Shown here in pieces: positions 9,279 to 17,768 of a stretch of 64,000 nt of DNA. The position numbers and the translations under genes are program-made. Position 1 is the first letter of the stretch, and every line of letters starts with the position of its first letter. This DNA comes from Clostridia bacterium. Lineage in GTDB: Bacteria > Bacillota > Clostridia > Oscillospirales > CAG-272. The stretch spans positions 14,359 to 78,358 of the forward strand of contig JAFTSU010000014.1 in NCBI GenBank assembly GCA_017467105.1, read 5' to 3'. Under the pieces are notes generated by a model that saw only the letters and a program-made list of their open reading frames with translations, made no database searches and was not told the origin of the DNA.

Positions 9279-10129
9279 GTCTGATAATTGGAATAGACGT
9301 GGGCGGAAGCACCACGAAAATAGTCGGAGTCAGAGATGATGGCGGCGGCCCCGTCCTTATGACTCCCCAGCACGTTACAGCGAATGATCCCATTACGGCG
9401 ACCTACGGTGCCTTCGGTAAATTTACGCTGGAGAATGGGCTGAATATATCGGATATTACCAAGGTTATGATGACCGGAGTCGGATCCTCATATATTAAGA
9501 AGGACCTCTACGGTCTTGAATGCACCAGAATAGACGAGTTTACGGGAATAGGCGTTGGAGGACTTCACTTGTCAGGACTTCCAGAGGCTCTTATAGTCAG
9601 TATGGGCACGGGTACTGCTCTCGTTCACGCAAGGAGAGGGGGTCCTATGACCTACCTTGGAGGAACAGGTGTTGGTGGAGGAAGCCTGATGGGACTCTCC
9701 AAGCTGCTGCTCCAGGCTGAAACGGTAAACCACATTGCCGAGTTTGCCGAGGATGGCGATCTTGAAAACATCGACCTTCGCATCAAGGATATCACGGCGA
9801 GTGACGCGCTTGAGACGCTTTCCGGTGATCTGACGGCAGCAAACTTCGGTAACGTCTCTGACGTTGCTACCAAGGGTGATATCGCTCTCGGCGTTATGAA
9901 TATGGTCTTTGAGACCGTCGCCATGGTTTCTGTGTTTGCGGCACGCTCGGTAGGAGTTAAGAATATAATACTCACCGGCAACGTCACCCAGCTTGATTAT
10001 TGCCACCGCAAGTTCGACGAGATGAACGGTATGGGATACGGAGTCAAGTTTTCCATACCTGACCATTCCAGATTTTCTACGGTGATCGGAGCCGCTCTGT
10101 GCGGTCTCTCTGAAAACGGTGATCGCTGA
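9275..10129 (+). CDS. coaW: Type II pantothenate kinase (fumble/ASKHA family)
   Basis: GIDVGGSTTK, DEF, VSMGTGT, GGTGVGGG, DLRIKDI and AANFG motifs; ATGA overlap with the upstream gene. Confidence 0.85.
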   Translation: MSLIIGIDVGGSTTKIVGVRDDGGGPVLMTPQHVTANDPITATYGAFGKFTLENGLNISDITKVMMTGVGSSYIKKDLYGLECTRIDEFTGIGVGGLHLSGLPEALIVSMGTGTALVHARRGGPMTYLGGTGVGGGSLMGLSKLLLQAETVNHIAEFAEDGDLENIDLRIKDITASDALETLSGDLTAANFGNVSDVATKGDIALGVMNMVFETVAMVSVFAARSVGVKNIILTGNVTQLDYCHRKFDEMNGMGYGVKFSIPDHSRFSTVIGAALCGLSENGDR

Positions 10130-10560
10130 TGAATATTATGAGATTTATCATTCCCAAGAGTATGGTGGAGTACGTTACGGTAGACAGCACCGTCAGACAG
10201 GGAATAGAGAAGATGCGATATCACAGGTACGTTGCCATTCCTGTTCTTGATAGGGACGGTAAGTACGTTGGCACACTTCGAAATGACGATATTTTGAACT
10301 ATCTTCTGGATAAGGGCTCCTTTGATCAGAGGGATTCGGAGAGAGACGGAGTAGTTCAGATCATGAGTGATAGATCTGTTAAGCCGGTGTATCATACTTC
10401 CTCTGTGGAGGAGGTCATCGAGCAGGTCAAGGAGCATAATTTCGTGCCGGTCGTTGATGATCGCGGATGCTTTATCGGCATCATTTTACGCAGAGATATT
10501 TTAAATTATATATTAAAATTTTATGATGACAAAACAGGGGGAAACAATGATGGCAGATGA
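10129..10560 (+). CDS. CBS-pair domain protein
   Basis: Two CBS motifs, AIPVLDRDGKYVGTL and FVPVVDDRGCFIGII.RRDI; TGATG overlap with the upstream gene. Confidence 0.9.
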   Translation: MNIMRFIIPKSMVEYVTVDSTVRQGIEKMRYHRYVAIPVLDRDGKYVGTLRNDDILNYLLDKGSFDQRDSERDGVVQIMSDRSVKPVYHTSSVEEVIEQVKEHNFVPVVDDRGCFIGIILRRDILNYILKFYDDKTGGNNDGR

Positions 10561-13500
10561 AATGAAAGTTTCAACGCCCGGCGAAGAAGCCGTAGCTCCG
10601 GTAGCAGAAGAGATTTCTGCTGAAGCGGTTGTATCCGAAGCAGTCACCGAGGAGGTAGTAGCTGAAGAAGCAGTAGCTGAAGAAGCAGTTGCCGAAGAAG
10701 CAGTTGCTGAAGAAGCAGTTGCCGAGGAGGCAATCGAAGAGAATGACATTGAGTCAAAGCTCAAGGCTGCAGCCGGCAACATCAAGCGCGCCAAAGCGGA
10801 AGCGCGTGCGCGTAAGAGCGAGCAGGAAAAGAGTCAGAAGCAGGCTGAGGAGGACGCTCAGGCTCGTTTGGAGGAGGCTGAGAAGAGACTTCAGGAGGAG
10901 GAGCGTATCGCACAGCTCGTTGCTGAGCAGAAGATGGCGGCTCTTGACTATGCTCAGAATTACAGAAAGAAAATTTTGAAGGATAGAGAGAGATCACTCT
11001 CTCAGGCAAAGCTTCGCGAGAAGCAGGAACGCGAGGAGGCAGAGGCTCGCATTCGCGAGGAAAAGGCTAAGGAGATCGCGGCTCTTCTCGAGAAGGAGCG
11101 CGAGGAGGCAAGAGCGCGCGGCGATAAGGCGACGGCTCTCCTTAATCGCGTAACCAAGTGCGCAGTAGTAGACGACGACGGCAATCTCCGTATGGTAGAT
11201 AAGCTTGATCTCGTTAAGGGCAAGGTTGACGTTTCCTCCGCTGACGAGGATGCATCCGAGGCGGTTGAGCCGGCTGTTGAGAAGCCGGCAGCAGAGGTAG
11301 TCGCAGAGGCGCCCAAGCCCACCGTAGCAGCTCCTACACCCGCACCCGTGTATGAATATACCGAGAGAGTAAGCAAGCAAGAGGCTGCAAGACGCGAGGT
11401 CGAAAACTTCCTCGTGGGTGAGATGATCAGCACTCAGGACGATAAGTTCGTTCTTTCCATTGAGGATGACCGTATGGTCGTCAACGTAACCTCCGCAGAC
11501 GATCCTCAGATCGCAGAGGATGGCTGGAGTCCCACAGAGGAGTTCTATGCCCGTGAGATAGAGATCGCAAAGTCACAGCACGAGTACATATTAAACACTA
11601 TCAAGGCACAATCCACCTCCGCAAGAAGCGAGATGCTCCGCATATTCGCCGAGGAGCAGGAGAGATTTGCTGTAGAGATGGAGGCGCTTCTCGCTCATCA
11701 TCAGTCTATCGCTGACGAGCAGGCAGCTCGCCGCCAGACCGTGATCGACGAGATCAACGCAGCAGCAGACGAGGAGGCTCCCGAGATCGCAGAGATTCAG
11801 GAGGAGCCTGTAGCTGACGCTGCAGACGAGGCTATCGCCGCCGTTGAGGTAGAAAGCGGACTTGAGCCGGTTATTAACGACGATCCCGTAGTTATCGAGC
11901 TTCGTGAAATGGGCGAGGCGGTTGAAACCAAGCGCCAGCTCAAGAAGTATCTGAAGAAGAGCAACAAGGCGGTTAAGAAGTATAACAAGCAGATCAATTC
12001 TATTGATTCCTCCTCAGAGAACTTTGAGGATGAGCGCCGCAAGGTTTCAATTATCCGCGCTATGCGTCTGTGTGGCTCCGTTCTTGAGATAAGATGCGAC
12101 AACCTTTCCGCCGCAGCGGCAGTAGGCAAGGCAAAGCTTGTTAACAAGTGCGTTGATGTTCTTTACGGAGAGATCGAGAGATACAACAGCAGAGCAACCG
12201 CGTTTGCTGATATCAGCGGCGTACAGCTGACCCGTGTATCAGCATTCCTTCCCGATCACATTGCAAATGGTACGGGTAGAGCGGTCATTCCCGCTATGAC
12301 GTACAGAGAGAGATACGAGGAATTCTGCGAGAAGCCCGAAACCGCTCCCAGAAGCTATACCTTCAACTTCCCCTCTCTCGGCGACCTTGTGAACGGCAAC
12401 GTGGAGAACGGATATCCCACAGTTACCGCTATTGATGAAAAGATAGCTACCAACCCCGTTACCTCCGTAACTCCCATTCAGGCGTCTCTTACAGAGTATG
12501 ACCTGCTGGGCGATAAGATCGAGATAACCTCCAAGAGAAAGCTTAAGAAGCTTCGCAAGCGCGCAGCAAAGGCAGACAAGAAGATTGCCCGTGAGGTTGC
12601 GCGCCTTAACGACAAGCTTGACGACGCAGCTACCTCCGTTGCTGCTCTCGCCCTTGAAAGAGAGCGCGTTATAGTTGCTTCCCGTGTGCTCGTAGAGTCT
12701 GTAAAGCTTGGCAACGCTAAATTTATTTATGCCTCCAAGCGCGCGCTCGTAGAGGCTCTTGCACGTTACAATCAGTATGCATCGGCTTGCTCCGCTGCAT
12801 GCGATACGCCCGTAACGGAGATACATTCCATTACGGCAGACAGAGTAGCCGAGGCTGCGCTTCTTCCCGACGTTCCCGTGATGGCTCACGTATTCGAGCT
12901 TTACGAGACCGTTGGTGAGAATACCAGAATAGTAGGCGAGCCTACCGATGAGGAGAAGAACGTTATCGGCGGCAATTGCACGTTCATATTCGGCGGACAC
13001 GCACCCGTTGCTTCCACCGAAAGCGATGAGGCTTCGGGCGCTTTGGCAGGTGCGGCAGTTGCGGCAGCTGCAGGAGCGGCTATCGGTTATGCTGCTGCAG
13101 AGCAGAACGAGGCTGCGGCAGAAGAGACTCACCTTGTTGAGAGCAATGACGAGGTCGTTGTGGCAGAGGAGGAGTCCGCTCCCCTTTCCAAGAAGGAGCT
13201 TAAGAAGCGCTATGCGGCGGCTGATAAGAACTACAAGAAAGTTAAAAAGGAAATTGAGGCTCTCGAGTGCTCTAAGTACGGCGCTACCGCTGAGGACGTT
13301 GTTGACATAGACGTCAAGATTCTCATCATAGCTAAGAACCTTATCGACTCCGTCGCGGAGGACGTAGCTGTGGCTCACACCTCTCTTGATAAGTCCGCGC
13401 TTAAGAAGTATCGCGCAAGGCTTAACTCAGAGATCGTATATCACAACTCCATAGTTGACGAGCTCTTTGATGTAGCAAACGTTACTCTTACGAAGGCATC

Positions 13501-15031
13501 CGTAGATATGTACGACGAGATCGTCTCCGGAGAGGGATACAGAAAGACTCCTAAGATCGAGTATCAGGTAACCGAGAGAGCACCCGCTCAGGAGGCTGTT
13601 GTGGTTGATCAGTCCGAGGAGGAGCCCGTTAAGCCTGAATATACCGGCAGCGCAACTCGCGCTATCAAGGTTATGAACAAGAAGGAACTTAAGAGATTCC
13701 TTAAGAATAACGATAAGAAGGCTGATCTTATCAGATACGAGCTTGTCGGCCTCAGCAATCAGAAGAATGCTGCCGAGGGCCGTGATATGATCATAGCTAT
13801 TGTTAATTGCATCAATGCGCAGAGAAGTATAGTTGAGCTTTCTATCGAGAATCTGCTTGCATCCTGCCAGGTTGGCGACAAGAAGTATGAGAAGAAGCGC
13901 TCCCTCGCTCTTGACGTAGAGGTTGATATTTACAACAACTTCGTTCGTGAGTATACCGATCTTACAGAGGACGAGATCACCTATGCTGACCGTGAGCTCT
14001 CATCCAAGATCGTTCTTGGTAAGCCCTATAGCAACCTTCCTATTCTCAGCTACACCACCGAGACCACCGCATACTCCTACGATTACGCAGATTACACCGC
14101 GTATAAGGTTGAAAACGAGAATGCGGAGAAGCTCAGTCGCGCTCAGGCACACAACAGAGTAGAGAAGAGCAATGCCGAGACCTACGAGATCGCAACTCTC
14201 GCAGCGGCCGTTGCAAAGCAGGCAAACAAGGATCAGAGGCTTATCGCCGCAAGATTTATGTACGAGAAGAACCTGCTCCAGAGCGACTACGATATGTTCC
14301 GTTACAGATACGGTCTTATGGATAAGAAGACAAGACTCTCTCGCGGTACTATAGAGAAGAAGTGCAAGGCACTTGACAAGAAGGGTAAGGAGGCTCTCGC
14401 TCTTGAGAGAGCTGATAACAACCGTTATTATAAGGTTATCAACACCAATCCATACCAGCTTAAGTTCAAGAATCATAAGAAGCAGGAGCAGGCTGTAGCT
14501 CTCCGTGAGAAGATCATGCAGCTCCTGAACGAGAGAGATCATCTGAACGGCAAGCTTATATCTATCTACGAGGGTAATGAGGTTGACCTTGAGGGCAACA
14601 CCATCACCATGGCAATGAGACGCGTTAAGGACACTGCGGCAAGCAAGGAATACAAGCGTCAGCGCCGCTCGGCTAAGAAGGTTAATAAGCTTCATGCGGA
14701 AAGAGTGGATAAGCAGAAGCTCTACGATCTCATCAACACTCAGATCATGGCAGAGTCTACCATCGCTATGTCTCAGCACCGTCTGAAGCACGAGCAGCTC
14801 ACCTCAACCGAGAAGCGTCAGCTTCGCCGTGATATTGATAAGAATAAGTCCGCGAAGAAATCCGCAAAGAAGCAGTTCGGCTGGCTTCTTAAGAGAATAG
14901 CGAACGCTCACCGCGATGCAGGTGGCTCCTGGCTTACCGCTCTCGGTATCATCCTGGCAGTTCTCTTGGTGATCATCGTGCTGTTCGCTTGGTTCTTTGG
15001 CGGCGATGTCATAGCTAATCTTGGATTATAA
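10547..15031 (+). CDS. Very large hypothetical protein: acidic/coiled-coil N-terminus, four internal ~125-aa repeats, single C-terminal TM helix
   Basis: Long ORF with host-like codon usage; AGGGGG RBS before ATG 10547; ends WLTALGIILAVLLVIIVLFAWFFGG; no signal peptide seen. Confidence 0.85.
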   Translation: MMADEMKVSTPGEEAVAPVAEEISAEAVVSEAVTEEVVAEEAVAEEAVAEEAVAEEAVAEEAIEENDIESKLKAAAGNIKRAKAEARARKSEQEKSQKQAEEDAQARLEEAEKRLQEEERIAQLVAEQKMAALDYAQNYRKKILKDRERSLSQAKLREKQEREEAEARIREEKAKEIAALLEKEREEARARGDKATALLNRVTKCAVVDDDGNLRMVDKLDLVKGKVDVSSADEDASEAVEPAVEKPAAEVVAEAPKPTVAAPTPAPVYEYTERVSKQEAARREVENFLVGEMISTQDDKFVLSIEDDRMVVNVTSADDPQIAEDGWSPTEEFYAREIEIAKSQHEYILNTIKAQSTSARSEMLRIFAEEQERFAVEMEALLAHHQSIADEQAARRQTVIDEINAAADEEAPEIAEIQEEPVADAADEAIAAVEVESGLEPVINDDPVVIELREMGEAVETKRQLKKYLKKSNKAVKKYNKQINSIDSSSENFEDERRKVSIIRAMRLCGSVLEIRCDNLSAAAAVGKAKLVNKCVDVLYGEIERYNSRATAFADISGVQLTRVSAFLPDHIANGTGRAVIPAMTYRERYEEFCEKPETAPRSYTFNFPSLGDLVNGNVENGYPTVTAIDEKIATNPVTSVTPIQASLTEYDLLGDKIEITSKRKLKKLRKRAAKADKKIAREVARLNDKLDDAATSVAALALERERVIVASRVLVESVKLGNAKFIYASKRALVEALARYNQYASACSAACDTPVTEIHSITADRVAEAALLPDVPVMAHVFELYETVGENTRIVGEPTDEEKNVIGGNCTFIFGGHAPVASTESDEASGALAGAAVAAAAGAAIGYAAAEQNEAAAEETHLVESNDEVVVAEEESAPLSKKELKKRYAAADKNYKKVKKEIEALECSKYGATAEDVVDIDVKILIIAKNLIDSVAEDVAVAHTSLDKSALKKYRARLNSEIVYHNSIVDELFDVANVTLTKASVDMYDEIVSGEGYRKTPKIEYQVTERAPAQEAVVVDQSEEEPVKPEYTGSATRAIKVMNKKELKRFLKNNDKKADLIRYELVGLSNQKNAAEGRDMIIAIVNCINAQRSIVELSIENLLASCQVGDKKYEKKRSLALDVEVDIYNNFVREYTDLTEDEITYADRELSSKIVLGKPYSNLPILSYTTETTAYSYDYADYTAYKVENENAEKLSRAQAHNRVEKSNAETYEIATLAAAVAKQANKDQRLIAARFMYEKNLLQSDYDMFRYRYGLMDKKTRLSRGTIEKKCKALDKKGKEALALERADNNRYYKVINTNPYQLKFKNHKKQEQAVALREKIMQLLNERDHLNGKLISIYEGNEVDLEGNTITMAMRRVKDTAASKEYKRQRRSAKKVNKLHAERVDKQKLYDLINTQIMAESTIAMSQHRLKHEQLTSTEKRQLRRDIDKNKSAKKSAKKQFGWLLKRIANAHRDAGGSWLTALGIILAVLLVIIVLFAWFFGGDVIANLGL
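10648..10740 (+). repeat. 15-bp coding tandem repeat (EEAVA, about 6 copies)
   Basis: GAAGAAGCAGT(A/T)GC(T/C) units in tandem. Confidence 0.9.
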
Positions 15032-15043
15032 GGAGGAATTGAA

Positions 15044-15253
15044 ATGAAGAAGAAGAACGTATCCGCACTTTCGGAAACGGCGGCTGTCAAGTCACGTTCC
15101 TCCGAGGCAGCAGATCTCGAGCGGGACAGACTCGCGATCGTTAAGGATCTGGAGAAGCTTATGAAGCGTTACTCCAAGGTTGTAGGAGATAAGAGTCTTG
15201 CTAAGCGTAAATACAGCATAGGCAAGGGTCCTCACGATTTTTCCGCAAAATAA
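15044..15253 (+). CDS. Small basic hypothetical protein (69 aa)
   Basis: Strong AAGGAGG RBS right after the stop of the large gene; followed by a terminator. Confidence 0.7.
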   Translation: MKKKNVSALSETAAVKSRSSEAADLERDRLAIVKDLEKLMKRYSKVVGDKSLAKRKYSIGKGPHDFSAK

Positions 15254-15289
15254 TCAGATAATCCGGCGAGTGATCAGATAAAATAAAAT

Positions 15290-15324
15290 CGGGAGTGCGG
15301 GCAATGCCTGTACTCCCCTTTTTA
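15290..15324 (+). terminator. Terminator of the MutS-V operon
   Basis: GGGAGTGCGGGC-AAT-GCCTGTACTCCC then a T-tract. Confidence 0.8.
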
Positions 15325-15460
15325 GTTGTGTGTGATTTACGGTTTGACGCTGTATTTTATGATAAATCAGGAAAAACTGCGCTGAAATTCAATTTTTTTC
15401 TGAAAAGCTATTGATTTTTTCAAAATATATGCTATAATGTATACAGTTGAATAGATTGGT

Positions 15461-15488
15461 TGAAGAGTGGCTTTCGGGTCACTCTTCA
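15461..15488 (+). promoter_or_regulatory. rimP-leader hairpin
   Basis: TGAAGAGTGGC-TTTCGG-GTCACTCTTCA lies between a TTGATT/TATAAT promoter (15411-15438) and rimP; resembles the conserved AAGAGTGG...ACTCTT rimP leader. Confidence 0.6.
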
Positions 15489-15531
15489 TTTCATTGTAAA
15501 TTGACAGCGCCACGCGCGGAAAGGCAAACGA

Positions 15532-15999
15532 ATGAAAAAAAGCATCAAGGATACAGTCAGAGAGGCAATTACCCCTACGGTTGAGGAGCTGGGCTATTCC
15601 ATTTGGGATATCACGTACGCGAAGGTGGGCGCGGATTACCATCTTGAGATCACTATAGATCATCCGGACGGCATCGATATCGACGATTGCGAGAAGGTGC
15701 ACAGAGCGATAGATCCCATACTCGACGAGGTAGATCCCATCGAGGGCTTCTATTACCTGGACGTTTCTTCTCCCGGTGTAGAGAGGGAGCTGCGCACCAA
15801 GGAACATATGCAGGCGGCCATAGGCGCTAAGGTAGAGGCGAAGCTTTTCGCGGCAAAGGACGGAAGAAAGTCGGTTTTAGGCGAGCTTTTGCAGGTGGGC
15901 GATGATCAGGTGGTGATAGTTGAGGCAGACTCGGAGATAACAGTATCACTCTCTGATATCTCCAAGCTTTCTACCGTGTATTTTGAGGAAAAGAAATAA
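15532..15999 (+). CDS. rimP: Ribosome maturation factor RimP
   Basis: GIDIDDCEKV, DPI and Y.LDVSSPGVER.L motifs; first gene of the nusA-infB operon. Confidence 0.95.
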   Translation: MKKSIKDTVREAITPTVEELGYSIWDITYAKVGADYHLEITIDHPDGIDIDDCEKVHRAIDPILDEVDPIEGFYYLDVSSPGVERELRTKEHMQAAIGAKVEAKLFAAKDGRKSVLGELLQVGDDQVVIVEADSEITVSLSDISKLSTVYFEEKK

Positions 16000-16069
16000 A
16001 TAAATATAAATCTAACAAACAGAAAGGAACGTATGGGCTGATGCCCGAAAATACGGGTACAACGGAAAA

Positions 16070-17101
16070 ATGAACGCAGAATTCTTCAACGCTCTCGATC
16101 TTCTCGAGAAGGAAAACGGCATATCTAAGGAGTATATGATTTCGCACATCGAGCTTGCTCTCGCAAACGCGTGCAGAAAGGAAGTAGGTCCTACCACGGT
16201 GATCAGAGTTAAGATAGATCCCGTCAAGAAGGATATGAAGGTTTATCAGCAGCGCACCGTAGTGCCTGACGATGAGGTGTACGACGACAAATGTGAGATC
16301 GGTTATACAGCTGCGAAGGCGCTCTCACGCAGACACAAGATGGGCGGAGTGGTAGAGACCGAGCTTAAGACCAAGGACTTCAGACGTCTTTCCGCCAGAG
16401 CAGGCACACAGATGATAGTTCAGGCTATACGTACCGCAGAGCGCGAGCGTCAGACCAAGGAATACGAGAACAAGAAGGAAGAGATCATCACCGCAATCGT
16501 TGATAAGATAGATACTGTAAACGGCAACGCAATTCTCGACACGGGTACAGGCTACGCTACTCTTATCAAGGAGGAGCAGATCCCCGGCGAGAGCTTTGAG
16601 GTCGGTGATAGAATCAAGGTATTTATCTCAGAGGTTAAGAGCGGCGAGATTCGCGGACCTATCGTAACCCTCTCCCGCGTACATCCCAACTTTGTAAAGC
16701 GCCTCTTCGAGCTTGAGGTTCCCGAGATAATGGACGGTACCATTCTCATCAAGGGAATTTCCCGTGAGGCAGGTATGAGAACCAAGATAGCAGTTGAGTC
16801 AAGAGATCCTAACGTTGACGCTGTTGGCTCCTGCATAGGTAAGAACGGTATGAGAATTTCAGCAATTCTCGCAGAGCTTTCCGGTGAGAAGGTGGATATA
16901 ATCAAGTACAGCGACGATCTTGCGGAGTACGTTGCAGAGGCTCTCTCTCCAGCCAAAGTGCTTGACGTATATCTGGAGGACGAGAGAACCTGCCGTGTAA
17001 CAGTTTCTCCTGATCAGCTCTCCCTCGCCATCGGTAAGGAAGGACGTAACGCTAAGCTTGTTGCCCGTCTCACAGGCTGCAAGATAGACATTAAGGCTTA
17101 A
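16070..17101 (+). CDS. nusA: Transcription elongation factor NusA (compact, ends after the second KH domain)
   Basis: LFELEVPEI, REAGMRTKIAV, QLSLAIGKEGRNAKLVARLTGCKIDIK. Confidence 0.97.
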   Translation: MNAEFFNALDLLEKENGISKEYMISHIELALANACRKEVGPTTVIRVKIDPVKKDMKVYQQRTVVPDDEVYDDKCEIGYTAAKALSRRHKMGGVVETELKTKDFRRLSARAGTQMIVQAIRTAERERQTKEYENKKEEIITAIVDKIDTVNGNAILDTGTGYATLIKEEQIPGESFEVGDRIKVFISEVKSGEIRGPIVTLSRVHPNFVKRLFELEVPEIMDGTILIKGISREAGMRTKIAVESRDPNVDAVGSCIGKNGMRISAILAELSGEKVDIIKYSDDLAEYVAEALSPAKVLDVYLEDERTCRVTVSPDQLSLAIGKEGRNAKLVARLTGCKIDIKA

Positions 17102-17102
17102 T

Positions 17103-17384
17103 ATGGCAGCCACACAAGCGACAAGAAAGCTTCCCACCAGACGCTGTGTCGGGTGCGGTGAGCATTTTCCAAAGAACACTCTTATCAGAGTTCTGCGTAC
17201 GCCCGAGGGAGAGATCGTCTTAGACACAACGGGTAAGCGCTCAGGCAGAGGCGCGTATATCTGTAAGGAGCTTGCGTGCTTCAGGCGCGCTGTAAAGTCC
17301 AAGAGACTTGAAAGCTCTCTCGAATGCAGTATACCCGCAGAGGTATATTCCGTAATGGAAGAGGAGCTGTCGGTTGGAAAATAA
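17103..17384 (+). CDS. rnpM: YlxR/RnpM family RNA-binding protein
   Basis: PTRRCVGC and GKRSGRGAYIC motifs; conserved position after nusA. Confidence 0.9.
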   Translation: MAATQATRKLPTRRCVGCGEHFPKNTLIRVLRTPEGEIVLDTTGKRSGRGAYICKELACFRRAVKSKRLESSLECSIPAEVYSVMEEELSVGK

Positions 17385-17730
17385 GGCGTTGACCCGTTTC
17401 AGAGGAATGCTTGGCTTCGCTATGCGGGCAGGCAAGATCCTTATCGGTACGGATCTTGTGTGCAGTGCCCTGTCAAAAAAAGGCAGTTGCGCAGTCGTAA
17501 CCGTACTGTTATGCGATTCGGCATCCGACGGAACGAAGAAGAAAATATACAATAAATGCGAATTCTATGCAAAGGAGCTTCGCGAGATCGGGATAGATCC
17601 CACAGAGCTTGGCAGATTGCTCGGCAAAACCTACTCACCTATGGTTTTAGGCATAACCGATGCCGGATTCGCTGACGAAATAAGGAAGGCGCTGGATTCT
17701 ATAGAACAGCCCTTTCCCGAAAAATCATAA
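17374..17730 (+). CDS. L7Ae/YlxQ family RNA-binding protein
   Basis: [23 protein letters not shown] and ITDAGFA motifs. Confidence 0.88.
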   Translation: MENKALTRFRGMLGFAMRAGKILIGTDLVCSALSKKGSCAVVTVLLCDSASDGTKKKIYNKCEFYAKELREIGIDPTELGRLLGKTYSPMVLGITDAGFADEIRKALDSIEQPFPEKS

Positions 17731-17768
17731 TGAAAGGAAGTTTCCTACCAAGGAAACCGGTGAACCTT

